Below are positions 38,683-51,856 of a stretch of 64,000 bases of DNA, in pieces. The DNA comes from Ruditapes philippinarum (Eukaryota), in the NCBI RefSeq assembly GCF_026571515.1, contig NW_026853241.1, forward strand, positions 1 through 64,000, read 5' to 3'. A program made the position numbers and the translations under genes. A model generated the notes under the pieces. That model did not search any database and was not told the origin of the DNA. It was given only the letters and a program-made list of their open reading frames with translations. Each line of letters opens with the position of its first letter. Position 1 is the stretch's first letter.

Positions 38683-41600
38683 GTGAGTAATAAACCTTTA
38701 AATGATTGAGTTTACGCCTTACTTGATACAGCTGTAAAACCATCGCAATTATATTTTTTGCTGTACCAACTCTAAACAATTCGTATCTATAGAGGGCGCA
38801 TCGATTGCGTATCAAATGTCGTGATTATCGTGCAGATAAGGAAATAACCGTTTGAATATTGTTAATGCTTATCGACAACAGAAATTATTTCGTTCAATAA
38901 TTTACCACCATTGATCCCAGTTTTTCACACAACCACAATGGCCTGTCGCTCCTGCCGCGATAACTTTAAATACATCTCAATTATAAAAAGTGTCGTAAAT
39001 AAAGTAGTCTCGTTTTCGATTGATTTTACAGTTAAAACGCGTGTTTATTTTTGTCACAGGAGGTATCAAGATTTGTTCGTATGGTTAAAGTAAAGTTTCG
39101 CTTTTCCGCATGAACAGTGCTGAAAAGCCTTATCAGTAAATTCCTGGAATTTGACACCATTGTTAACTTTTGTCGCTATTATTATGAGATAATTTGTTGC
39201 ATTCGATTTCAAACGGAATAAGAGATTAGGTCTGGCTATTTAAATATTTCATAATAAGTTATTATGATGGTCAGACTCGAACGTCACATGAGGTTCAACA
39301 ATTGGAATATCAGACGAGAATTAAGAATGTGTTTCAAAACTGTTTTCTAGACAATGATGAAGTATTTTCATTTCATTTTTCAGGGGAATCGTACCATTGT
39401 GATTGTGTGACTGTGACACATATGCAGACAATATACTTTTAAATCAAATACATTTACTCTTCTATAATTCTCTATATAGTGTTGCCTCCTGGATGTCCTC
39501 CTGGTGTGGCTGGGTAGTGTCGGGGGTTGTGTTCTGTAAGCGTCGCCTTGCCTTGTTGTTCTTTGTTCTCAGCGTATTCTGATGGGAAGCTGTAACTTTG
39601 TATTGTATTGTCATGAATGAAAACAAAGTCATTTATAATAAGTTAAATGAGCAAGAAAACAAATAGTCTGTCGACACCAACAGTTCTTATAAAGAAGACA
39701 AAGGATTATATTTCCCTATTGTAAAAAAAATTGATAGCGGAAACTTTGATAGAAAATCTAAGAACAGACTCTACGTTGAAAATACCAATGACGAAATCTT
39801 TATGAAAATTTGTTTTAAAGCCTAAACAGAAAACTCGGATGCTGTACACAAGTGTCTGTGACAAGGTGCAAGAGGTAACTTGTGTAAACTGTAATGTACT
39901 CAATACCTAAAACTAAATTCTAAGCTTTTGTAATTTTCTTTGGCAGATATACACTTCAAAATTTATTTTATAAAATATTTTCAGATTTTAATCAACAAAA
40001 CGTTTGTTATATAACTATTAAAAAGGGAAATGTAAATGTTGCAAAGCCTCATCCACATTTACATATTACTCCCGAACCAAAGCCCGGAGGCGCTTTGTCA
40101 GGAAAGCAGTGCAATAAATAGTTATGTGATAAGTTAAAAAAGAAAAGAAAAAAGATTAAGTTTAAAAATGATTTATTCAAGGAGAGTAAGAAAATTCTTT
40201 CGATAACCTTTTCAATGCATATATTTAGGTTGAGATTGGATTTAGCCTGATAAAGAAGACCTTAGTGTTCTAAGGAAGTATGAGCCAATGTGATGTTGGG
40301 TACGGACTTGGATATAGGATGTCCAAATGTCTAGTAGGTATGAGGAGGTTCTGATTAGAAGATGAAGAGTACTAAGTTGATTAATTATATATATAATTTG
40401 AGATTGACCAAGTCAATTTTAACTAGTAACTTCTTATTTTATTTGCAGAAGCAGTGGAAGTATTCAAACACCATCATGAAACACTTAAGACATACACAGA
40501 GAGCTCTAGAAGAAGTACTAGTAGTAGATTGGAACATATTGTAGCTTAATTGTTAAACTAAAAGGACTTCTTAAATCGTTTGAATTTAAGCTGTACTTGA
40601 ACTGTATTTTTGAAATAAAATAGCTGAAGTATTTAATACTGTCAATTTCAACGTTTTTAAACTTTCAAATTCGAACATAAATCCAACGTTTTTTCAATGT
40701 TGAAATCAGACCATAATTCAACGTTGTTCAACGTTGATGTGCCTGCTTGGTTAATTCTATCAAGGACCTATTGGCGGTATTTTTAATATTATTCAAAATT
40801 CTATGAAGGTTTAAGGCTAAATGCATCAACCATGATTTTGTTCAATCAAAATCTAGGCTTTAACCTGCATAGATATCGCTTGCACATAAAATATTGCGTG
40901 GGAGTTATCAACAATAAAAGTACGCTGGGAGTTACCCAAATCATTTTTCTCTCGTGTAATGGAATAGAAAATGACCAGTCAACATTTAACATGCCTAATA
41001 TTTACATTTTCAAATAAAGAAATTCTATGAACATTTTATCTTTGCTAACTCGACGTAGTTTTATCAAAATCATAAATAATACAAATTTTGCGTGAATGTT
41101 ACCCGAAAAATAATTGTCCACATTGAAAATTTCTGTTGAAGTTTTGAGTGTTTGTAAAAGCTATGAGCACAGGGGTGGAAAATAAGGTATAGGCAGCAAC
41201 AATTCATTATTCCGCGTAGGCTGCAACAGGTCTCATATGTAAGTAAAAGGGATATAATAAAGAATTACCTGAAAAACACATGTGAAGCGAGGTTTTTAGG
41301 CCGCCATATTGTCTGTACGCGTAACCGTAAAAGTCACGTGATTCCCTACCGTGAAATTTAGGGAATGTTTTGCCTTGGAGGGGATGTTGTCTAATGATTG
41401 GTCTCCTTAAGGTCTTTACGATAAATGGGTACTCCAAAGAATCCGGGTGATTATTTTCACATCACAGCAAGGTCAGTGTTGAACTCAATAGTCAAGTCAT
41501 GTTCCTAAACTTTTAGATTGTAAAAGGAATGCTTTCATCTGTTTGCGTCTGTTTATCCATTATAGCCAGGTAGACTATAGTGTCATCCAAAAAAAGAATG

Positions 41601-41756
41601 CTTTACTTTTGACTAGTTCTTGCAAGTCATATATGTATGCCAGAGACAGACAGGGTCCGATGGCTGATCCCTGACGGACAATCAATAACTGTTATAGGCA
41701 ATTGGTATAGAACAGTTTTCATGTTAATATAAAATACATATTAGCATTGTTTCTTC

Positions 41757-42132
41757 ATTGAAAAGCGAAAATAAGAAAATAAAGTTTAATGTTGTTTTTT
41801 TCCTGATAATGGGGTGGGAAAATAATGATAACCAAGCAAATTCAAGAAACTGTCCAAAAGTCAAATGGTATTGTAAAAGAGGTTCATTTTCAGAGTAATT
41901 TACAAATTATGTATATAAGTATTAGAAAAAAACTCTCAGTATTTAAGTGAATTATTTGAACATGCATAGAGACAAAATTGTATTGATCTAAGTAGTGTTA
42001 TGCAAGTTTATTTTATTGTCTGGTCATATTCCTTGGAATTGCGTAATACTTAAATTCCTGGCGTTGACGATTTCTTTGAATACCTAATTCACTGTCCAAA
42101 AGATGATTAAAGTTGTACCAATACTTCATTTA
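41757..42132 (-). repeat. Right arm of ~380-bp inverted repeat pair
   Basis: Reverse complement of 35909-36288. Confidence 0.9.
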
Positions 42133-42143
42133 CTGTTTGATAT

Positions 42144-42309
42144 NNNNNNNNNNNNNNNNNNNNNNNNNNNNNNNNNNNNNNNNNNNNNNNNNNNNNNNNN
42201 NNNNNNNNNNNNNNNNNNNNNNNNNNNNNNNNNNNNNNNNNNNNNNNNNNNNNNNNNNNNNNNNNNNNNNNNNNNNNNNNNNNNNNNNNNNNNNNNNNNN
42301 NNNNNNNNN
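42144..42309. other. Assembly gap (N run)
   Basis: N characters. Confidence 1.
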
Positions 42310-42869
42310 AAACTCAAAACGGATAGTTGAACGGATGTTGCGCCAGTGGTTACTTTATAAACGTCATTTTTTCCCGGAAGAAGGCGGAATACCGAAAGCT
42401 AAGAAAAGCATTTGTTTTTATTGAACAGATAATATATTTCTTTTACGAAATTTAGCTATATATAACAACTGCATATATCAAAATATATTTCTATTTGACA
42501 AAATCGATTGTTATGTTAATAATGACGTGAAAGAGATAAAAGTACAGTAACCAAAATAATTTACAGAGACTGGCCTGTACAGTGATGGGATTACGTTTAA
42601 ACAAATTCCACAAAAAGCTTTGTGCTTGACACCATGTCTCTACGGACGGTGCCATAATAATTATAATAAATCTTGTATATTGCAGATGGATCACACAAGT
42701 TACATCTTTGTTGTGAAAATGGATTAATTGCAATGATTGATCATTCATTTGTTCTGACACAAAAGCATCATTGTCGCCATTGAATTTTGCTTTGGGTTGT
42801 CGTCGATTATACAGAGTCGTCTTCTTTCTGCAAAGAGCATCTATGGATGCAATAAATAAAATGGTAATC

Positions 42870-42965
42870 TTTTAAAACGGTAAATGCAAGACGCCGTCCA
42901 TACACCCTGTAGCACCGGTTTAAGCATAATTCGACATTAAAACTTATAACAAGTTTTTAATTCAG
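42870..42965 (+). repeat. Repeat family A copy
   Basis: CCGTCCATACACCCTGTAGCACCGGTTTAAGCATAATTCGACATTAAAAC. Confidence 0.7.
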
Positions 42966-43209
42966 ATATAATCTCACAAACCCATGATTGTTACTTGATA
43001 TGTTTAAGCTACATAGATAAATGCTAAAAAGAGAAACATAGGGAATTGTAAAGTAAATAAACTCATCGTCGGATACCCACGATTGATAAACATGTCACAT
43101 AACATGCAATCAATGTTAATGATTCGGCCGTGGGTATCCGACGATGAAATAAACTAAGCGGATCAATACTGTGGTATCAGAATCCAAGCAGATAATATGC
43201 ACCCAGTTG

Positions 43210-43231
43210 CAATAACAACAACAAGAACAAT

Positions 43232-43264
<33 letters not shown>

Positions 43265-43300
43265 AATAATAATAATAATAATTATAATAATAATAATAAA
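43210..43300. repeat. Compound (CAA)n(TAA)n microsatellite
   Basis: Direct observation. Confidence 0.95.
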
Positions 43301-43569
43301 GAAGTATATGTTTTGACTTTTCGTTTCTGATCAAATTTCAAAATAAATCAACAATATTAAGTGATACCTGTTCATGAGAAAAAACAAATATGGTCAAGAA
43401 CATTTGTAAACTCTATATCATGATAAGTGAATTATTTAATTATTACTCAACAAATCTAAAATACATTAATACGAACGCCGAAATGTTATACTAAATTTCA
43501 TTCTAAATTTTATAAATCACCCATAGTGCACTTTATTCTCGAGAATCACCAATATCGTAGTCATTTAAT

Positions 43570-43670
43570 AAACCGGATTAAACCGAGCCTGCATCATGTT
43601 CAAGTTTGCCGTTTAGGGCTTGAAACTTTGGCGTTCTTACAGGATTCCGTTTTCCTCTATTTCAATGCTA
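43570..43670 (-). repeat. Repeat family A copy (5' half, reverse)
   Basis: AAACCGAGCCTGCATCATGTTCAAGTTTGCCG...GGATTCCGTTTTCCTCTATTT is the reverse complement of 46878-46950. Confidence 0.7.
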
Positions 43671-46600
43671 ACTTATACGGACCTTTTATATATTTGATAT
43701 TTTGTTTTAAAGCCATCGAGATAGATATTTTATTGAGAAAAAAATCCGAAAAAGGGGAGACTAGTCCTTGTAAATGATATATGCAGATTTTATCTACTTG
43801 TAACTCGAAAATCTACTTGTAACTTTTTATGGGCTTTTATACAAAACTACCACAGCCCCATGCCCCCTAGCACCACTTAAACGTTTTGAATTCTTTAGAA
43901 TACAAAACCTCATGACCAATTGACTCAAAATGCAACGTTGCTTATATTTAGATTTATAAAACAAAAAAAGATGAAAACACCATTAAATACTAACATATAG
44001 AATTATTTTATGTGAAATGCGTGTTAATTTTGAAAGGTAAAATAAATTATTATACATTATCATGCTGAAAAGTATTTTTACATTTTAATGTTTAAAATCC
44101 TAAACTTTGCTTTCCATTACAAAAATGGTAATGCTTCTCAAATCTTTGACATAGCAAAAATTAATGGTAATTAACTACTTGTACTAATTTAATTGTCAAA
44201 ATACAAATTACATTAGATATATTATGGTTACATGGGCAGTAAGTCCATTTTTTTCATATTCATCTCTAATATAAAGCAAAAAATGTGACAAAGTATTGAA
44301 GGATAAATCAATCAGCAAGAACCAAATAAAAAATAAGGTCCATTTATTGAAATATAAAGGAATATGAACCTATTACAACTTTTTTCAGTGTTAATTAAAA
44401 GGATACCGACACATTTAACAATTTTGCTGAATAATTCTCTTACCGTAGACCAAAGTTCCTGTGAGAAATTTATAGAGCACGTATACATTACTAATTGCCT
44501 GTAATTATCTGGCTGATTTTTTTATTTATTTCAAAATATATTACTATTTATGTACACATTTAACATTAAAAGATTTATGTAATTATCAGCGATGCAATGT
44601 GCAGATATTATTATTTCGTCCAATGATTAATATCAATGCTTTGGTCTAAATTGACACATAGCCACGTCTGACACCTTATGACGCCATCTTAAATACGAAT
44701 CTACGGCGTTAAATGTTTCCAATTAACAAATAAATTGTGCGAATTTTACGCCAAATTAGCAAAAATAAAAAGATCCCGTGTTATCCGTACATATCTGATT
44801 TCGCTTCAATTTGTTATGATTTATTTGTACCCCTGATACTAGGTTTATTGATAGATTTACACTCGTTATTTGACACTGTCAATTTCTAATTGAATACCTC
44901 ACCCGAACAGTATCAAGGCTAAATAGGTACGGCAGACACGCAGCTCGGTTAACTCTTTAATTCACAACTTTATCATGTTTTAATATCTAAGATAAGTTTC
45001 ACAAATATATAAAAGAAAGTTATGAATGAAAGTAAGTTTCATTTTTCTGCCGTTCTTATTCCTCTCTCACGCAGTGGCTGATTGGAAACTTGATAGTGTC
45101 AATGTTTCAATTATGCTTTACAACTTTTTTAATAATTTTGAATAGTACTTTCTTCATTCATGAAAAATAAAACTGTTTACTCATTCCCCAAAAAGTGCAG
45201 CAAATTAGATAATTAGTCAGTTGGATTTTAAATTTTGCCAAAAATGTCGTGATTTGAAAGATTTTATAAGGTGATAGGAAATCGGTGATTTTATTAGAAC
45301 ATAACATTCTGATTCTGGAAAGAAACAATCAGTGCATCAATAAAACATTACTAATTCATGTTTATACTTTTAGGTTGTGTTGAAATACAGTAGCATGATC
45401 ATTAGCCTCTGATCCTTCAGAGGCCTTGATAACCAGTATTTTTAGCCTATAAGATTAGATTCTGCTTCAGGCGGTGCTAAGGAGGGGCGTCCGAAAAGTT
45501 GTGATTTTCATTATCTCCGATAAACAGTTATAATCAAACTGAGTTTTAATTATGAAAAAGGTTTGAATTCAAAAATAAAGTACATTTGATGTTTAAATGT
45601 CCGGTCTTGCAAGACTTAGAAACTATTTACATTCAAAAGAAACGTATTTTTCTTGTACTATTTTGAAATAAAAATATAGTTATATATTAAATCGGCAGAA
45701 ATAATTTATTACTCAAAATATAGATTCTTACTTTTATAACGCACAAAAGATATTATTTTCTATTTTAATTTTTACAACTTTTTGTTATCAACTTGCTTAT
45801 ATGTTAATATCATTTATGCTTATTTCTTGTGTCACACAAACTGTTTTGCAATGTCTTGCACATCTTTTTGTCAGAATTCGATGGTCTTTGTCTCGAAATA
45901 AAAAAAAAATATAATAGTCTATTCGAGTCTATGCCATCAAGCGATCTGCCATCTTCTAAAATTGTTATTCTTTTACAGTTTAATTCCTTAAAGAAAATAA
46001 CAAGCAAAACTCAAACAAAACTTCTTGCATTAAAGCAAAACCATAACAGATCATTTCTAAGAAAAAACAATTAATAAAAGTATGTTTAATATAATATTAT
46101 ATATTTCTCCTTTTTTTTCAAAAGCATGAACTTGCATATTTGCCTATAAAATGGTATAGTCGTCATAAATTGCTTTCGAACTTTAATTAGAAATATAACC
46201 TTTCCCTATGTATGCATGTTGTCAATTATTACAAAAGAATCAGTATTTAGACAAACGAAAACAATTTATGTCTTACTAAACACTTTTGTGATGTCATTAA
46301 TACAGACACCGAAAATTAAGTTTGAGTAGAAACTCTTCGTGTTGTTTTATATATATATAGAGTCTGAATAATACTAATATTTATGCCAAGAGGATTGAAA
46401 GACTTTAACAATTCTGAAAAATGACATATTAATCATGAAAAATTAAAGGAAAATAAATGAAAACTGGGTCTAAAGTTTATCAGCATTAAGCTAAACAATT
46501 CTTTTGGCCATTTATAAAATACATGTACCATTATGACAAAGACAATGCATCATAAAAATAAGAAAAAATATGTACAACAAAAATCGATGTTAAAGTTGTT

Positions 46601-46874
46601 TCCTTTTGTTTAAAAGTGTAAGACTTTTCCAAAACTTGTAAAAAGTAGACATTTAAGGAAACACTGTTAAATTCTTGAACGGTTTCCTAAAGCGTCAATG
46701 TAGCGTTTCCATACATGCATGGAATAATTTCAAATAATAATCTTAAATATTTCAAACAAAACCCAAGAAAAGATTTTGTTGTAAAAGGAGGCATTGCTAT
46801 GCAAAATTAAACCTATTGTATTTTCAGATATACGAGCAAACTATTAAAAGTTTTTTTTCTCAGTTGCGCAAATC

Positions 46875-47120
46875 AAAAAATAGAGAAATACAGAATCCCT
46901 AAAGAAAGCCCAACACGACAAAATTGAAAATGTTGCAGGCTCGGTTTGGTTGAGCCTGTTCATGGACGGTACTGGAAAGTGCAAGTTACGGTCCACGCCC
47001 CCTAGCACCGGCTTAAGCAGAATTCAACATTTAAACACCAAAATGGTGAAATTTTGAATTTAAAAACATCCGCAGATGTGTTCATACGGCGGTTTTCATG
47101 GAACCTTCAATGTGACACAG
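46875..47120 (+). repeat. Most intact copy of repeat family A
   Basis: AAATAGAGAAATACAGAATCCC...GTTGCAGGCTCGGTTTGGTTGAGCCTGTTCATGGACGGTACTGGAAAGTGCAAGTTACGGTCCACGCCCCCTAGCACCGGCTTAAGCAGAATTCAACATTT...ATGGAACCTTCAATGTGAC. Confidence 0.85.
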
Positions 47121-47874
47121 TAGTGTCATTCCATGAAAAGCGACGTAAGGTCCCCAAGTAAAAGAATGCGTGTGTCCTAAACGAGAAAACAATGGGCGGA
47201 ACTATAAAAACGGAATTTTGAAAGGGGATCTGAGGTTATGAAGTCATTTAAAGGTTCAATTAGTGCAGTTGATTATTTAAAAATAATTTTTTTTTGTATT
47301 TTGTTTTGCAGAGTTTAGCGTGCTGTCGTTCCCGGATATACGAGCAACTTATTTCAGAATTACTTGCACAGATGCACAAGAGAAAGTCATCTGAAGTGTA
47401 GTGGATTAGGCGACCTTGATTCAAGAACATAATGCATGTATTGCAATTTAATAGAAAATGTTAAGTAACATTTGCCCTAAAATCTAAAGTAATAAAATAG
47501 ACACTGTCAAATATCGCACGGTTCTCTGTTGGAGGTCTATCAAATAATAATAGAGAACAGCCTAGCTTGCAAGAAAAGAACTAAAACGTCTCAGACCATC
47601 AGTGTAAAGTAAATTAAATAAAAGTGGGAAAACTTTAACCAGAGAGAGAAAAAACAATGAAAAGTTCTTCGAATAGTACCGCAATAATACACGAAGACGT
47701 TGATGCGCGCCAAACTTGCATTTTGCTTACTATGGTCTAACACGAAGACAGTATAAATGCACATACATCTTTTTCGCAAAATAATTCTCATCTCTAAGTT
47801 CTACAAAGAAAATAAAGTAAATAAAATATGCTCGTATACAAAAGAAATTCTACTTACTAATTCCTAAACCTGTT

Positions 47875-48000
47875 TTTAGACGGTAGGATACGTCTTTTCA
47901 CTACCGTCCACGTCCCCTAGCACCGGCTTATGCAGAAAGTAACATTTAAACATTACCATGTCGTTTAATAAAGAATTTAGAAACAGCCATAGGTAAGTAC
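47875..48000 (+). repeat. Repeat family A copy
   Basis: GACGGTAG...CTACCGTCCACGTCCCCTAGCACCGGCTTATGCAG. Confidence 0.78.
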
Positions 48001-48469
48001 AGTCAGAGCTTATGTTCTTCACAATTTCTTCATTGCTTTCGTTGATGTTCCCATAACAAGATATTTTTAGAATAATGTATTGCAAACATAATTATTATAA
48101 CTAAGACAGAACTTTAAACATATGTTAAATTTAGATAGGTCATAAAAATATTATGACAAACGACCAACCATGACTTTAAAAAACGAGTACAACATCTGTA
48201 GGGCAACACCCTTTGACAACGGTTTTTTGGATGGTGCTGAGTGGTGTTGCTCTGGAGATTTGATTCAATTATTGCTTTTGTAAAATTTCATCAATTAAAA
48301 AATAAATCAAGAATAAAACTTACTTTCTCGATTTGATATAAACATAATATTGATGCCGTATCTCAGAACTTAACTGAGATTAAGTTTTGAGCAAATTGTA
48401 ATCATATTACTGCCAAGACCTAACCAGTAAAAATGCACAGGTGTGCAATTATAATTATATATACACTAT

Positions 48470-48820
48470 CCAGGTTTTTGTTTGGTGCCTTCTGGGTGCC
48501 CTTCTTGGATGTGTCGTGGGGCTGCGTCCTGTGAACGTTGCCTCTATCCTTTAGGTCTTTATTTTTTATAAGCCCCTTCCTTTCACAGATCCTGTACCCT
48601 ACCTTTTGTTTGTTACCCTTCTGAGTGCCTTGCCGATGGTACTTTGTGACTTCGATGCCTTCTAGTTGCCTTGCTGGTGTGACTGGATTGTGTCGGGGAC
48701 TACGTTCTGTGAACGTCGCCTTGCCTTGTTGATCTTTATTCTCATTTTTGGTGTTATTTGGGATTTTATTTGGTAAACGTTGCTCTTCCTTGTTGATCTT
48801 TCCTTTCATATTTTAGTTGT
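48470..48820 (+). repeat. Tandem cluster (about 3 units) of repeat family B
   Basis: TGTGTCG(T/G)GG(G/A)CT(G/A)CGT(C/T)CTGTGAACGT(T/C)GCC...TTGTTGATCTTT recurs; further copies at 39478-39600 and 49365-49500. Confidence 0.65.
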
Positions 48821-50322
48821 GAAAACAAAGTTTTGACCTCATGAAGGTATGAAATCACCATCTCTGTGTTGAGATGAAGATACATTTACAGCTAGGCCAC
48901 CTCTATATGCTGCAATTGGTTGGAAAACACTTTAAAACTTATAACATCAAGTTGTGAATGCTTTAATTTTGTCACATCTGTACCCCCAAATAATTAGAAA
49001 AGACTGCAGAACGATGACTTTGTGTGAAATATGTGTAACTATAACAAATATAAATATAGAGTTACAACTGTTTCGCACCAAACCTTTGATATATAAACGT
49101 GGCTATATAGATATTCAGACATCTCTTTGCCCTTGATAAGATAAAAATAATGTAGATGTATACAAATGGATTTCGTATAATTTATGTACTTTCTTGTTGA
49201 TCTGTAAAAGATGTTACATTGAAGGTGCGTTGCTGTACAAATGCACATTTCTTTCTTCTATACATGTATTTTGTACATGTATAGTACTTTTTTGTACAGG
49301 TAATAATTTCGCTGAATGCTGCAAGAATACCTTGACTTATGCATTAACTTATTGCATGTCCCTCCCTTCCTTTCGCCGCCCTTGTCTCCCGTTTTGGGTT
49401 CTGTGCATTCTGGGTGCCTTGTTGGTGTGTGTTGGGGCGGGGTAGGGGGTGCATTCTATTTACGTCACCTTGCCTTTTTGATCTTTGCTTTCATTTAATG
49501 TTTATGTAACGTTTATATCAACTTCCTGTTTGGTTCCCGAATGAATGTCATTCCAATGGTCTTGTATAGCTCTGCATTCCATAACCTTTGCTTTCTCTCT
49601 GGTTACTCTTCAATGCAAAGAGAGTGTCATTGTTCTACTCTAAGATAATTTGCATTGTTTTAATGATAAATGGTCGTGTAATAAACGATCAATACTTTTT
49701 TTCATTTTTGTCACTTTCATTCAAGTGAATTGTAAAATGTAAGGTTTTTTTATTCAGATATAAAAATACTGTAAATAATTAAATTATAGGTAAATCTATT
49801 ATTGAGGATTATTCATAGTGCTTGCAATAGCATATCCTTGAGCTAATAGAAAAAAGTAATCCTTGAAGTATTATCTGATGATTAAATAATCACGAGTCAA
49901 GTACGAAAGATGAATGAGCACACTTGTTGAACAATGTTTAATGGAGAGAGAGAAAAAAACCTGTTTCTCCAGAACGATTAAATATTTCACATTTTGTGTA
50001 CCTTTCATCAATCGTTGTTGTCCGGTGTTCAGAGTTTCTCCCCACATCTTCATTTATTACAACAGTAATCCGCATTAGATTTAGGGAAAGAGATACGGAC
50101 GTCCATTAGAGTATCATTTTAATCCCTTGGAGTCTTAACTTTAACCCTAATACACTTGTATACGACTAAGGTGTCAATTTATTAGAAAAAGGCGATATAC
50201 CATTCATTTATAAGGATTATCATCAAATGAGACGAGCTTTATTATAACAGTGGGGTGGTGGGCAAGGTAAGACCGTAGAAACGCTAACTAAGAAGTCAAG
50301 TGGAAAATGGATTTACAGAATT

Positions 50323-50452
50323 TTAAACAAGGGATTTCAGATACGTTTGAAGGCCGGTGACCCATGCTGGGACTTCATCTACTCTTTTCATCGTATTTGC
50401 TTCTGACACTTCGTGTTTACGGCGGAGACGGTCCAAGATTAACGGTACATAC
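50323..50452 (-). CDS. Candidate terminal coding exon of an unidentified gene
   Basis: Acceptor TTTTAGTCTTTTACAG; only long open frame is YVPLILDRLRRKHEVSEANTMKRVDEVPAWVTGLQTYLKSLV stop; locally GC-richer. No recognisable homology. Confidence 0.3.
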
Positions 50453-51764
50453 CTGTAAAAGACTAAAATAATTATGATATTCGTACAAAAAAAATCATTA
50501 TCCATGAAACACTCAATGGTTCATTTTCGGTTTCTACAAAATATCTTAGTCGCAACAATTCCTTACATACATGATTAACTTAACGTGTTTTATTAATTGA
50601 TACGCCTAGCAAAACACTATTGAAGACTTGCTTCATAAGTTATTCAAATATATTGTATTCGAATCATTATAATCTAAAACTGGTATGCATAATCGACATC
50701 CTAATATGTCATTATCTCCATGACATGGTTTATTTCGATATGGTATTACGATAAAGACAGTTTTACTACAGGCGACTTTAATGTTATCAAATATACATAA
50801 TGTAAATGTTAAGAACATTGTAAGCGCGAACCTTTAAGGTGTTTTTCTCTTTTTAAATATGAGCAAATAATTGTTCAAACATCTCGCAGCAGTTTAATTT
50901 ATTCGAGAAACGGCGAGAATTTGCCTCATAAAGATAATCCCGACGCCATACGTGAGAGTTTATCAACTTTCACAAGATTTGTGTCAACACTTAAAAACAG
51001 TTATCAAACCTTTACAACAATTAGCAGTCGGATTATTAATTATTTGATAAATATAATCGCTGATATATTCCCTTTCCATCCGTATCACATGTCACCTTTG
51101 ATTACAAGGGGTAAACATCGCGGCGACGAAAGATCCACATCTCGACTTTACTTTGTGAATTGATCGTTATACGATGGTCAACACATTGACATTAGTAAAC
51201 AGAAAATGATAAATATTCAATGGAAAATCCATTTATTTTTCTCTAAAACACTTTAAGCCCTCGCCTGCTAGCCCTAGTGTCGACTAGGCGCTAATCACGT
51301 GCTAGTCTTCGCTGATAATTTACATTGCTGTTTAACTTTTTCTGTTATTCTGCACTCATCGTACGACTGTAAATCTCGAAAAGAACAGCTGATTATGCGC
51401 AACTGGACCGGTCTATATTTAGTAACATCTGCACGTGTCTTCAAGTCCTCGTCTTTATGGTGGACATTGGCAGACATACGATATTACCTTATGCATTGTA
51501 TATTGCTATATTTTTAATTTTTCGACCGAAGGCTGTATAATTTCACCTTGACTTCCGCTAAAATTAACAGTAAAGAAACGAATATAGGCAGAATTTTCAT
51601 TGGTCATTTATATTATTCTCCGTGGAATTAGTCTACAGTATGTACTGAATGTTTTATTATAAATTCCTATCCAAATTAAATTCCATTTTGATTAAATTCA
51701 AAAAATGTAAGTAATATTGTTTAAATCTAAGATGACAATTAATGGGAATAATAATATCTGTCAT

Positions 51765-51856
51765 ATGTTGCGGTTCGGACCGGAATATCCGTCCCGAGAT
51801 GACCCGCCCATGGGCGGGTTACCGAGGGACGGATATTCCGATTCGAACCGCAAACA
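51765..51856. mobile_element. ~90-bp GC-rich palindrome (MITE-like)
   Basis: TGCGGTTCGGACCGGAATATCCGTCCC...GACCCGCCCA|TGGGCGGGTT...GGGACGGATATTCCGATTCGAACCGCA. Confidence 0.75.

Noticed and set aside
41567-41584. Isolated CCAGGTAGACTATAG match to the 31-bp satellite
   Set aside because: Under 20 bp, single, not extendable; compatible with chance.
42491-42845. ~120-codon open minus frame with an acceptor-like site, Cys pattern in an alternative frame
   Set aside because: No recognisable domain; the Cys-rich reading contains stops.
46925-47035. Family A as a twister or HDV-like ribozyme (GGTCC..GCCC..CCGG resemblance)
   Set aside because: Required pseudoknot partners and catalytic-core nucleotides could not be placed on either strand.
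48196-48258. AGGGCAACACC/GGTGTTGCTCT hairpin as a pre-miRNA
   Set aside because: Stem is short with a large poorly paired loop.
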